Positions 26,391 to 36,114 of a stretch of DNA of 54,341 nt are shown here, piece after piece. Position numbers and translations under genes: made by a program. The stretch is taken from assembly GCA_012959665.1 (NCBI GenBank), contig DUCT01000257.1, forward strand, positions 1-54,341, given 5' to 3'. The stretch's first letter is position 1. The number at the start of each line of letters is the position of its first letter. Under the pieces are notes generated by a model. It ran no database searches. It saw only the letters and a program-made list of their open reading frames with translations, and was not told the origin of the DNA. The DNA comes from Myxococcales bacterium. GTDB lineage: Bacteria > Myxococcota_A > UBA9160 > UBA4427.

Positions 26391-28826
26391 ATGTTTGAAA
26401 TTTTCTTTTCCTCGGGGTCACCCAGCCCTCGTACTTCTCGCCCGGTCCGCCGGGGACGGCGAACGTGCTTGCTCCTCCTGCTTCTCGGTGCATGGGCCGC
26501 ACTGGGCTGCGGACCCAACACCCAGAACCAGCTGGCCGAAATCCGTGCTCTCCAGGAAGCCGGACAATTCGACGCCTCGATCTCGCCGCTTCGGAGGCTC
26601 CTCTCAAGGGAGTCGCAAAGCCCCGAAGCCAACTTCAGGCTCGGGTTGGCTTTGCAGCAGTCGGGCAGGCCCAGCCTCGCGGTCTTCCCCCTGCAAAAAG
26701 CGGCGGCCAGCGATGCATACTCCGTCCAGGCCGGCCTGCTCCTGGCCTCCACCCTGGCATCGAGTCAGTCGTACCAGGAATCGATTCGGGCCTACGACCG
26801 GGTCCTCGAGAGCGAGCCCGAAAATATCGCAGCACTCTTTGGCCGCGGCCGCTCCCAGCTCGCGATTGGCAGGCCCGCGGAGGCCCTCGAGAGTTCCCAG
26901 CAGTTGTTGATTCTCCGGCCGGACGACCAGTTGGCAATCGTGCTCCAGGGCAGCGCCCTATTGGATCTGGATCGGCCCGAAGAGGCGGAGGCCGCCCTCG
27001 TCGGGGTTTTCGAGCGTGCCGCGGCGGCGAATGACCCCAACGACGCCGCCCGAAAGTGCGGAGCCCTCGGGCTCTTCTACCGGAGCCAGGACAACCACAA
27101 AGGGGCGGGAGAGACCTTTTCACGGTGTATCGCCGAATACCCGCTCAATGCACAACTCAGACAACACGCTTCGGATTTTTTCCTCGCCCGGGCCAACAAC
27201 GAACGCGCCATCGGTGTCTGGCGAACCGCCGTGGCGGCCAAACCCGAGGACCTGGCGCTACGCGCCAAGCTCGCCGAGATTCTCGCGAGCGTAGGAAGCC
27301 GCGCAAAAGCCCTCGAGGTGCTTGAGGAGAGTGTCGAACTCTTTGACTCCCCCCAGGCCTGGCGGATGCTCGCTGGCTACCAGCGCAGCCAGGGAAACCT
27401 CGTCGCAGCGCGGGAAGCCCTCGAAGCCTCCCTGGAACGCAGCCGGACCATTGCCCCCTCGCTGCAGTTCACCCTGGCCGACTTGCTCATCGAGGAGGGC
27501 AACTACGCCCGAGCAGCAGAAATCGCCGACGGATTGGAGGAACTCAGTTACCGCGCGATGATTCGAGGGGCGATCCTGTTGCGTCAGAACAAACCCGCCG
27601 AGGCCCTTGAAATGCTCGACACCGGACTCAAGCTCTATCCCAACAATGCCGGGGCGCGCTACTTGGCAGGCCAGGCGGCCCTCGGTGCAGGAGACAAGGA
27701 GAGGGCCCTCGCCGAATTCCGCGAGGCCATCCGGGTCTCGGAAACCGAAACCGACGCGGCGCTCAGACTCGCTGAACTCCACTTCCAGAAGGGCGAATAT
27801 CTCAACGCCCGGCAGTTTGCCAATCGTCACATCGCCAAGCGAATTTACAGCGAACCCGATGCGCACGTGGTGTCCGCCCGCAGTTCGATCATTCTGGGAG
27901 ACTACGAAGCCGCAGAAAGCACCCTAAACGCCCTCCGACAGAATTCCCCGACCCAGCCCACGGCCTACCTCGAGTTCGCCGAACTCGAGCGCCGGAAGTC
28001 GGGTCCGGAGGCCGCTCTGGCAGTCCTCCGGGAAGGCGGCTTTGATCTCGCCCAACTGGAGAACGAAGCCGTACTCCGCGCAGTGGCCCAGGACATGCTT
28101 TCCCTGGACCAAGGCGCCGCCGCCCTTGAACTCGTGACGAAGGCGGCGAATGCGAATCCCGAACTCCCCACTTATCACGATCTGCGTGGGCGACTCCTGC
28201 TCGAAGCCGGACAGACCGGCGAAGCCGAACGCGAGTTCTCCCTGGCACTCGATCGCGACTCCGAATTCGCCCCCAGCCTAGAAGCCCGGGGAACCCTGGC
28301 GCTTCGGGCCGGCGACTTCGCCCAAGCCCGGGCTCAATACGATCTCGCCGCACAGGCCGACCCGGACAACGCCCAGTATGTCTACCTCAAGGCCCAGACC
28401 GAATATCTCCAATCGAATTTGCAGAGCGCTGCTGAACTCTTCGGCCAGGCCCTCGAATTGGATTCCGCCCACGTCGGAGCCCACAACGATCTGGCCTGGC
28501 TGATGGCCAGCGCGGGTCGGGACCTTGAATCGGCCTTGAATCACGCTGCCCAGGCTGCTCGCCTGGACCCGAACGCGGACACCCTGGATACCCTCGGCTT
28601 TGTTTACCTCCAACTGGGCGATTTCAAGGAGGCCGTGGGCGTATTCAGCAAGGCCCTCGAGATCAGGCCAAACTCGCCGTCCATCGAGTTTCGGCTCGGC
28701 AGGGCGCTCTCCGAGAGCGGCGATCAGGAAGCCGCACGCGAGATGCTGAACAAAGCCCTGGAAACGCCGAACTTTCCCGAATCCGAGGATGCCCGCGCCG
28801 AGCTCGCCAAGCTCCAGCGGTCCTAA
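26391..28826 (+). CDS. Large TPR-repeat lipoprotein, PrsT-like (PEP-CTERM system TPR lipoprotein family), copy 1
   Basis: Lipobox LLLGAWAALGC/G is followed by about 780 aa of TPR-type A/L/Y-rich 34-mers. It is adjacent to the PEP-CTERM gene. Confidence 0.7.
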   Translation: MFEIFFSSGSPSPRTSRPVRRGRRTCLLLLLLGAWAALGCGPNTQNQLAEIRALQEAGQFDASISPLRRLLSRESQSPEANFRLGLALQQSGRPSLAVFPLQKAAASDAYSVQAGLLLASTLASSQSYQESIRAYDRVLESEPENIAALFGRGRSQLAIGRPAEALESSQQLLILRPDDQLAIVLQGSALLDLDRPEEAEAALVGVFERAAAANDPNDAARKCGALGLFYRSQDNHKGAGETFSRCIAEYPLNAQLRQHASDFFLARANNERAIGVWRTAVAAKPEDLALRAKLAEILASVGSRAKALEVLEESVELFDSPQAWRMLAGYQRSQGNLVAAREALEASLERSRTIAPSLQFTLADLLIEEGNYARAAEIADGLEELSYRAMIRGAILLRQNKPAEALEMLDTGLKLYPNNAGARYLAGQAALGAGDKERALAEFREAIRVSETETDAALRLAELHFQKGEYLNARQFANRHIAKRIYSEPDAHVVSARSSIILGDYEAAESTLNALRQNSPTQPTAYLEFAELERRKSGPEAALAVLREGGFDLAQLENEAVLRAVAQDMLSLDQGAAALELVTKAANANPELPTYHDLRGRLLLEAGQTGEAEREFSLALDRDSEFAPSLEARGTLALRAGDFAQARAQYDLAAQADPDNAQYVYLKAQTEYLQSNLQSAAELFGQALELDSAHVGAHNDLAWLMASAGRDLESALNHAAQAARLDPNADTLDTLGFVYLQLGDFKEAVGVFSKALEIRPNSPSIEFRLGRALSESGDQEAAREMLNKALETPNFPESEDARAELAKLQRS

Positions 28827-28874
28827 AAGCCTGTGGGGGAGGCCCCGGTCTTGAGAACAGAACGTCCCGGCCGA

Positions 28875-31358
28875 ATGCAAACGTTCCGGAGGGCCGGCCC
28901 GGTCAGCGGCCTCGTCATCGGCCTGGCTCTGGCCTGTGGTTCCGACGCCAACCGGGCCCAGTACCACCTGGGCCAAGCCGACAGCTTTCTCGCCGAGGGG
29001 CGTGGCCGAGAGGCGCTGATCGAACTCCACAGTGCCGCCCGCCTGGAACCGGGCAACGTGGATCTCAGCCTGCGCGTCGCGGAGACATCCCTACGGTACG
29101 GTTTTTTCGGCGACGCGGTGGACTTCTACCGGGACGCGCTCTCCTTTCGTCCGGAAGACTCCGAAGCTCAGCTGAATCTCGCGCAACTGCTGCTGGAGCT
29201 TGATCCCTCAGCGTCGAAGGCGCGGGTCAACGAAGTCCTCGCACGCGACCCCGACAACGCGAAGGCGTGGCTGATCCGGGCCCGTGCATCCCTGATCGCG
29301 GGAGACGTCGAATCCGCCATGTCACACATTGCTCAGGCGCGGAGAATCGACCTCTCGGAACCGGAGATTGATCGGGTCATGGCCCTCGCCTACGAAACCC
29401 GGGGCCGCGCGGCTCGGGCCCGAAATCCCATGGCCGTTCCGGCACCCCGGGTCACTCAATCGATTCTCCGGGCCTACGAGCGTTACCTTGCCAAGGGCGG
29501 TGAGTATCCCCTCATGGGCTACCTGGGACGGGCACGCACCCTGGCTCAACTTCCGGGACATTCGGCAGAGGCCCTGGAGGCCTTCGCCCAGGCGCTGGAC
29601 CAATGCCGGGAAATAGGCAGCCCCTATGAACACGTTCAGGTCGCCCGGGAGGCCGCCCGGGTCGCCCAGGTACTCGGTGATCCTGCACTCGCGAAGCGGG
29701 CCGCTCAATTTTGGATTGACACGACCCCCCGAGATATGGATGCCTGGAGGTCCTTCGCCGAACTCTCGGTGGAAGATCCCGAAACCCACCAACGCAGGGT
29801 CTACGAGGATCTCGTCCGCTCCCTTCCCGATCTTCCCGAAGCCCATGTCCTTTACGCCCACCACCTACTCCACCGCCAGGGGTACTCACGTGCAGTGGAC
29901 TACCTGAACGAGAGGCTTGGCCGGGGCGAGGGCGACGCCCTCCTCCTGATCGGCATCAGCGATCTCCAGAACCGCAGCCAGCGCTTTGCCGACGCTGCCA
30001 AGACCCTTGAGAAACTCCAGGCACAATTTCCGGACCTCCCGGCCGCCGCCCTGGCGCTTGGCGAGCATCAAGTGCTGAACGAGCAGTTCGAAGCCGGCGC
30101 CGCGACCCTGCAAGCCGGACTCCGAGAACAACCCACTTCCCACGGCTACCGATTACTGGCGCGCGCCGAACAGCGACAAAGCAACCTCCCCCAGGCCCTT
30201 GCCGCGATCAACAAGGCCATCGCCCTTGCCCATCGGGCGGACCCCAACAATCTCCGGCTGAAAGCACAAATCCACAGCGAGATGGGACAACACGCCAAGG
30301 CGGGAAACAGCCTGCTCCGCCTGGAACGCAAGGCCGGACTCCGCCCCCAGGAGAGGCTCTCCCTCGCCCTGAGTTACTACCTCCGGGGTACTCCGGGGGT
30401 CGGTCGCAAATTTCTCATCCAGTTGCTCGAAGCAGAAGACGCCGGACCTCGCGCGGCGTTGGAGTTCTCCCGCTGGGATGGGCAAAATCCCCGATACCGC
30501 CCGGCCGTTCGCCATCATCTAGCGAGCCGCTTCAAGGCGTTTCCCAACGACACCGCGCTTCTCACAGCGCTCACGGAAATGGACTGGGCCGACGGGCGTG
30601 TGGAGGAAGCGCGGGGGCGCCTGAACGCCGCCATCGATCTCCAGAGTTGGGTGGGCAAACCCTATCTGATTCGAGGAAATTTCTTGCTTGGCCTGGGAGA
30701 ACTCGTCGCGGCACGCGACGACGCGGAACGCGCGCTCAGGCTCGACCCCTCCACATCCAACGAGGCCTACAACATCATGACCGCGGCCTACATGAACAGC
30801 GGAAACCTGCCGAACCTGGTCGCCGCCATGGAAGCCCAAGCCGCCAAACGTGGGCTCTCCGCCGATCGTCTGGGCCTGCTGGCCCGGCTCAACCTAGGGA
30901 TCGGAAAAACCGTCCGTGCCCTCGAACTCTACGAGCAAGCCCTCGACGGGGGGAGCGATCTTCTCTTTGTGAAAAATGACCTCGCTTACCTTTTGGCAAG
31001 TTTGGGAGGCGACCTCGACCGGGCTCTCGCCCTGGCCCGAATGGCGACCGAAGCTCCGGGAGAGAATGTCTCCGCCGTCGATACCCTGGGCTACGTCTAC
31101 CTCAAGCTGGGCCAACCCGACGCCGCGGTCTGGCAGTTCCGACAGGCCGTTTCCGAAGCGGCGCCTCCGGTCCCCGACTACTACTTCCATCTGGGCCTTG
31201 CCTTGGTGAAGTTGGGCAAGGCCGAGCAGGCCCGAGCGGCTTTCCAAGAAGCGTTAGCCCTCAACCCGGAATTCAGTGATGCAGAGCAGGTTCGGCAATT
31301 GCTCAAAAAAAATTCGGGGGAGGGGGCGGAGGGCGCGACGGACGGACCCGCCTCCTAA
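28875..31358 (+). CDS. Large TPR-repeat lipoprotein, PrsT-like, copy 2
   Basis: Lipobox GLVIGLALAC/GS (ATG at 28875, MQTFRRAG) with TPR repeats throughout. It starts 49 nt after copy 1. Confidence 0.7.
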   Translation: MQTFRRAGPVSGLVIGLALACGSDANRAQYHLGQADSFLAEGRGREALIELHSAARLEPGNVDLSLRVAETSLRYGFFGDAVDFYRDALSFRPEDSEAQLNLAQLLLELDPSASKARVNEVLARDPDNAKAWLIRARASLIAGDVESAMSHIAQARRIDLSEPEIDRVMALAYETRGRAARARNPMAVPAPRVTQSILRAYERYLAKGGEYPLMGYLGRARTLAQLPGHSAEALEAFAQALDQCREIGSPYEHVQVAREAARVAQVLGDPALAKRAAQFWIDTTPRDMDAWRSFAELSVEDPETHQRRVYEDLVRSLPDLPEAHVLYAHHLLHRQGYSRAVDYLNERLGRGEGDALLLIGISDLQNRSQRFADAAKTLEKLQAQFPDLPAAALALGEHQVLNEQFEAGAATLQAGLREQPTSHGYRLLARAEQRQSNLPQALAAINKAIALAHRADPNNLRLKAQIHSEMGQHAKAGNSLLRLERKAGLRPQERLSLALSYYLRGTPGVGRKFLIQLLEAEDAGPRAALEFSRWDGQNPRYRPAVRHHLASRFKAFPNDTALLTALTEMDWADGRVEEARGRLNAAIDLQSWVGKPYLIRGNFLLGLGELVAARDDAERALRLDPSTSNEAYNIMTAAYMNSGNLPNLVAAMEAQAAKRGLSADRLGLLARLNLGIGKTVRALELYEQALDGGSDLLFVKNDLAYLLASLGGDLDRALALARMATEAPGENVSAVDTLGYVYLKLGQPDAAVWQFRQAVSEAAPPVPDYYFHLGLALVKLGKAEQARAAFQEALALNPEFSDAEQVRQLLKKNSGEGAEGATDGPAS

Positions 31359-31367
31359 GGAACGGGT

Positions 31368-33254
31368 CTATTCCCCGGATCGCTCAGCCTCGGCTCTTTT
31401 GGCCTGAAGGCGAAGCCGGAAGCCCAGTTCCTTGTGCAGCATTTCGGCGTCGTCGTACAGAGCCTCCCCGATGGGCCCGGGCCGGCCGGCCGCCCTCTCA
31501 AGCACCCGCGCCGCCGCTTCGAGATCATCGACGGCCACGTAGGCCTGGGCCAGCGCCCTGGCCTTGTAGTGGCTCGGGTCGGGCAGATGTCCCAGTCGAG
31601 AAATCCAATCCCGGGCCATCGCGCGCTTGATGGACACAAACTCGGGATCGTCCTGCATGGATGCGTAGGCGGAATCCTGAAGCAGATGATCCACCCGGTT
31701 GTAGCCCCGGGCATGAGCGGCGCGCAGGTGGTCCAGGGCCGCCTCTGAATCGCCGCGTCGGGCCGCCCGACTGGCCTTGCGCGTATTGGCGGCCGCCCCG
31801 TTGGGATAATTCAGTTCGGCATCGGCCATCAAGCTCTCCGCCGAATAGAAGACACTGGCTCGCTGGTAGCTGATGAATCCAAGAACGCACAGAAGAGCAA
31901 TCGCGCCGCCGAAGAGGCCCGCGCGCAAAGAGGCGACCCGCCGCCCACCGCCCAAGCGAGTTTCGAGGCTGGGCCATGCCGACTGGCCCGCCAGCAGGGC
32001 CCCGCCAATCAGACCGGGCAGGATGAAGTAGAGGTAGCGGTCGGCCATGGGATAGGGGAGCGCCACGATGCCCGAAAGCGGGGCGAAACCAACCGCTGCC
32101 CAGATCCAGTAGGCGGCTTCCTGCCTTCGGGCCCGAAGACAGAACACGACCCTCCAGCCGAGGAGGCCGATGAGCAACACCCCGCCCAGAAACCAGGGAT
32201 CCGCCAGGGAGGCCACCGGGGGCGGTTCGTGAAAGATCGAAAGACCCGTACCGCTCACGGCCATGAGGCCGTACCGCAGCGCCACGGAAAAGATCATGCC
32301 TCCGCGAACCAGGGGATCGGAGTACAGGGGAGGCGCCAGCCCCGCCGACAGGGAGAAGGCCAGGGCTTCGGCGACCCCGAAGCCGATGACCACGGCGACC
32401 GCCGCCAAGCCCCAGCCCGCCCGGGCCCGAATGTCCTGACCGCCACCCTCCGCCGACTCTCGGCCAAGCCAGTCGAAGAGGACCACCACGAAGAGCGCCG
32501 AGGCCGCAAAGGGCTTGGCGAGCAGGGCCAGGGCGAAGAGAAGCAGGGCTATCGCCGGGCGCCGGCGGTACAGGAGAATCGTACCCAGGGAGAGCACCAG
32601 CGCCGACGAACTCTTGAGTTGGGAGATCCAGGCAACGGACTCGACGTTCGCGGGATGCAGCAGGAAAAAGGCCGCCCCCAAGGCCGCCGGCCAGGGCCGA
32701 ACCCCACTGCGCCGGAACAAGAGCCCCAGCAAGGTCGCCGCCCAGGCGTGGAGCAGGACATTCACCCAGTGGTAACCCCGGACGTCGGGACCGAAAAATT
32801 GCCACTCCACGGCGTGCAGGGTGAGATGAACCGGCGCGTAGTTCTCCACCAACTCGGCCACTTCGCTGGTGGGATTCCAGATCGCCCATGCGTTCGCGAG
32901 GCTCGGCGTGTGGATGTACTCGTTGTGCGCCACATAGTGGAGATCGTCGGAGATGAACTCCCCCTCGAGGCTCGGGGCATAGACGAGTAGGGCGAGCAGA
33001 GCGAACGCCAGGCCGAGCCCAATAGAACTTCGCGGACCGCCGGAACCGGCCGGCGAGGAGTTCCCCCCTGCCCTCTTGGGCCCCGCTTGATTCCCCCGGG
33101 ATCTGGCCAGGAGTTGCTCCTCCGTCGGTGTCCGACCCGACGCGATCCCCGAAAGGAGCGCCGTCTCTAGCGGGAATAACCCCTTGGGTGGGCTTGATGA
33201 AATCGCCAGGCATCCGCCAGGATATCCTTGAGTTCCGAGTGCCTGGGCTGCCAA
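31368..33254 (-). CDS. GT-C fold membrane protein with a C-terminal TPR domain (TMTC/DUF1736-like O-mannosyltransferase architecture); start uncertain
   Basis: LEGEFISDDLHYVAHNEYI loop motif, about 10 TM segments and a C-terminal soluble TPR-like region. The TTG at 33254 overlaps the galE 3' end by 88 nt, so the real start is probably further in. Confidence 0.6.
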   Translation of the reverse strand: MAAQALGTQGYPGGCLAISSSPPKGLFPLETALLSGIASGRTPTEEQLLARSRGNQAGPKRAGGNSSPAGSGGPRSSIGLGLAFALLALLVYAPSLEGEFISDDLHYVAHNEYIHTPSLANAWAIWNPTSEVAELVENYAPVHLTLHAVEWQFFGPDVRGYHWVNVLLHAWAATLLGLLFRRSGVRPWPAALGAAFFLLHPANVESVAWISQLKSSSALVLSLGTILLYRRRPAIALLLFALALLAKPFAASALFVVVLFDWLGRESAEGGGQDIRARAGWGLAAVAVVIGFGVAEALAFSLSAGLAPPLYSDPLVRGGMIFSVALRYGLMAVSGTGLSIFHEPPPVASLADPWFLGGVLLIGLLGWRVVFCLRARRQEAAYWIWAAVGFAPLSGIVALPYPMADRYLYFILPGLIGGALLAGQSAWPSLETRLGGGRRVASLRAGLFGGAIALLCVLGFISYQRASVFYSAESLMADAELNYPNGAAANTRKASRAARRGDSEAALDHLRAAHARGYNRVDHLLQDSAYASMQDDPEFVSIKRAMARDWISRLGHLPDPSHYKARALAQAYVAVDDLEAAARVLERAAGRPGPIGEALYDDAEMLHKELGFRLRLQAKRAEAERSGE

Positions 33255-34198
33255 CCCAGAACCTCGAATGCGCGTGTGCCCCCACTCACCAACTCGGGCG
33301 GATCACCCGGGCGGCGAGGCGCGATGCGCTCGGGAATGGGGTGGCCGGTGATTCGGCGCGCGGTCTCGATGATTTCGCGGACCGAGTAGCCTTGACCGGT
33401 ACCCAGGTTGCAGGCCAGCGCCGGCCGACCGGCCTGGAGCCGGGCTAGGGCCCGCAGGTGGGCATCCGCCAGGTCGACGATGTGGATGTAGTCCCGGACA
33501 CAGGTGCCATCGGGGGTCGGATAGTCGTTGCCGAAAATGTCGATGGCCGGGCGATGTCCCAGGGCCACGCCGAGCACCAGGGGAATCAGGTGCGTCTCGG
33601 GGGTGTGGTCTTCGCCCAGATCTCCCTCGGGCGCAGCCCCCGCAGCATTGAAATAGCGCAGAGCCGCATACCGCAAGCCATAGGCGTTGGAGTAGTCCTC
33701 CATCATGTGCTCCATGTGAAGTTTGGTCCGTCCATAGGGATTGATGGGGACCTGGGGGTTGTCCTCGGTCAGGGGCAGGGCCACCGGGATTCCGTAGGTG
33801 GCGCAGGACGACGAAAAAACCAGTTCCTGGCAGCCGGCATCCCGCATCGCCTCAAGCAGGTTCCAAGCGTTGATCACGTTCTCCCGATAGTACGTCGAGG
33901 GATCCGTCACCGACTCGCCCACATAGCACCGCGCGGCAAAGTGCATGACCGCACGCGGAGCCCAACGGGCAAAGGCCTCCTTCAGGGCTTCCCGATCCCC
34001 CAGAGTCGCCCGAACCAGTGGCGCCTTGACGACCTCGGGATGCCCGGTGGAGAAATCGTCGAAAACCACGACCGGCACGCCCCGAGCCTCAAGTGCGCGC
34101 ACCGTATGACTGCCGATATAGCCGGCTCCACCGACGACAAGCACGGGCCCCTCGAGCGTGGCGAAGTCGGCATCGGGCCCAGGGGAATCAGTGGTCAT
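33167..34198 (-). CDS. galE: UDP-glucose 4-epimerase
   Basis: VLVVGGAGYIGSH, the YGRTK catalytic context and DGTCVRDYIHVxDLA-type motifs. ATG at 34198; 34210 is the alternative. Confidence 0.9.
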   Translation of the reverse strand: MTTDSPGPDADFATLEGPVLVVGGAGYIGSHTVRALEARGVPVVVFDDFSTGHPEVVKAPLVRATLGDREALKEAFARWAPRAVMHFAARCYVGESVTDPSTYYRENVINAWNLLEAMRDAGCQELVFSSSCATYGIPVALPLTEDNPQVPINPYGRTKLHMEHMMEDYSNAYGLRYAALRYFNAAGAAPEGDLGEDHTPETHLIPLVLGVALGHRPAIDIFGNDYPTPDGTCVRDYIHIVDLADAHLRALARLQAGRPALACNLGTGQGYSVREIIETARRITGHPIPERIAPRRPGDPPELVSGGTRAFEVLGWQPRHSELKDILADAWRFHQAHPRGYSR

Positions 34199-34239
34199 GG
34201 CTCGGCGCATAATACACAAAGAGACACGGGAGCCGACAG

Positions 34240-35463
34240 ATGCTTGTGCCCAGCAAACCCCTGCCGCGTAGGGTACGATCGCCCAGAGTGGAGAAGCACG
34301 ACAGCCCCGCAGTCGAACTCAGTGTGGTCATGCCCTGCCTCAACGAGGCGGACACCCTGACCACCTGTATCAGCAAGGCGCAAGCCGCCTTCACCCAATG
34401 CGGCTGCGTGGGCGAAATCATCGTTGCCGACAACGGGAGCGTCGATGGCTGCCCGGAGATTGCCGAAGCCCACGGCGCCCGAGTCGTTCACGTGGCCGAG
34501 CGAGGTTATGGGAGCGCGCTGATGGCGGGCATCGCCGCAGCCCGGGGCCGATTCATCATCATGGGCGATGCCGACGACAGCTACGACTTCCTAGCCATCC
34601 CGAAATTCCTGAGCGAACTAAGGGCGGGCCACGATCTGGTCCAGGGCTGCCGACTGCCCGCCGGCGGGGGGTCGATCCTTCCCGGCGCCATGCCTCCACT
34701 CCATCGCTGGCTGGGCAATCCCCTGCTGTCAGCCCTCGCGCGCACCATGTTCAAACTCCCCATCAGCGACATTTACTGCGGAATGCGCGGTTTTACCCGA
34801 GCGCTCTACGACAGTCTTGAACAACGCTGCACCGGAATGGAATTTGCCACCGAGATGATCATCCGGTCGAGTCTGGGGGGCGCGCGCATCAGCCAAGTCC
34901 CCATCACGCTCCATCCCGACGGGCGCCAGAGCCACGGGCCTCACCTGCGAACCTTCCGCGACGGCTGGCGAACCCTGCGCTTTTTCCTGCTCTACAGCCC
35001 GCGCTGGCTCTTCCTGCTCCCCGGCCTTGGGCTGCTTGCCCTGGGCGCGATCGGCTACGCCCTCGCCCTACCCGGCGTGCACTTTCTCGGTGCGGAACTC
35101 GGTGCCCACACCCTGCTGGTCGCGAGCCTCGCCCTGCTGATGGGTTTTCAGTTCCTGCTCTTTGCCGTGGTGAGCAAGAGCGTCGCCGAAGGCATCGGAC
35201 TGCTCCCGGAGGATCCGCGCATGAAGCGGTTTTTTAGGGTGGCCACCCTCGAGCGCGGCATCCTGCTCGGGGGAGCAGCGCTGGTCACCGGGTTGGCATT
35301 GATTGGCGGCGCTGCCGCCGAATGGCAGCGCCTGGACTTCGGGCATCTCGACTACCCATCGACCCTGCGTCAAGTCGTGCCCGGCGTCACCCTGGCCGCC
35401 CTGGGAATTCAGACGATTCTTTCGAGTTTCTTCGTCAGCATGCTGGGAATGGGCCGGCGGTGA
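34240..35463 (+). CDS. GT2 glycosyltransferase with a C-terminal multi-TM region (polyprenyl-phosphate hexose synthase-like, DPM1/GtrB/ArnC type)
   Basis: LSVVMPCLNEADTL, VADNGSVDG and IMGDADDSYD, followed by about 4 TM helices. Confidence 0.8.
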   Translation: MLVPSKPLPRRVRSPRVEKHDSPAVELSVVMPCLNEADTLTTCISKAQAAFTQCGCVGEIIVADNGSVDGCPEIAEAHGARVVHVAERGYGSALMAGIAAARGRFIIMGDADDSYDFLAIPKFLSELRAGHDLVQGCRLPAGGGSILPGAMPPLHRWLGNPLLSALARTMFKLPISDIYCGMRGFTRALYDSLEQRCTGMEFATEMIIRSSLGGARISQVPITLHPDGRQSHGPHLRTFRDGWRTLRFFLLYSPRWLFLLPGLGLLALGAIGYALALPGVHFLGAELGAHTLLVASLALLMGFQFLLFAVVSKSVAEGIGLLPEDPRMKRFFRVATLERGILLGGAALVTGLALIGGAAAEWQRLDFGHLDYPSTLRQVVPGVTLAALGIQTILSSFFVSMLGMGRR

Positions 35464-36062
35464 ACATCGCAGAAAGAATTCACGCCGCGTATGGGACCAT
35501 GCACCGAATCCAGGTGCTTCGTCGGCATCTCGAACCCCTGCTTCCCGAGCGGGGTTCGGTCCTCGACGTGGGCTGCGGAGACGGGGCGCTGAGCCAGGAA
35601 CTCGGAGCCCAAAGACCCGGCCTCGAAATCCGTGGCATCGACGTGCGGGCCCGGCCGGACGCGCATATTCCTGTCACGCTCTTCGATGGAAAGCGCATCC
35701 CCCATGCCGACGACGCCTTCGACTGCGTCCTGCTGATCGACGTCCTTCACCACTGCGACCCCCCCGAGCCCCTGCTCGCGGAAGCCGTTCGCGTGGCCCG
35801 CCGACAAATTCTAATCAAGGATCACCTGCTCGAGGGTTTCCTCGCTGGGCCCACCCTTCGCTGGATGGATCGGGTGGGCAATGCACGGCACGGGGTGCCC
35901 CTTCCCTTTGTCTACTGGCGCGAGGCGCGCTGGCGACGGGCATGGGGGGAACTCGGTCTGGAACTCGATAGCTTTCAGGTGGAGTTGGGCCTCTACCCGC
36001 CCCCGTTGGGGATCGTCTTCAACCGGGGACTTCATTTCCTCGCCAATTTGCGACCGGGTTGA
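35460..36062 (+). CDS. Class I SAM-dependent methyltransferase
   Basis: Motif I VLDVGCGDGALS. The GTG start at 35460 overlaps the preceding TGA (GTGA), implying translational coupling. The upstream part of the track ORF overlaps the GT2 gene. Confidence 0.75.
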   Translation: MNIAERIHAAYGTMHRIQVLRRHLEPLLPERGSVLDVGCGDGALSQELGAQRPGLEIRGIDVRARPDAHIPVTLFDGKRIPHADDAFDCVLLIDVLHHCDPPEPLLAEAVRVARRQILIKDHLLEGFLAGPTLRWMDRVGNARHGVPLPFVYWREARWRRAWGELGLELDSFQVELGLYPPPLGIVFNRGLHFLANLRPG

Positions 36063-36114
36063 ACCCTTAATCCGCGAGACCGCAAAACCCCAACCCGCTG
36101 GCAGGCAAGCACAC

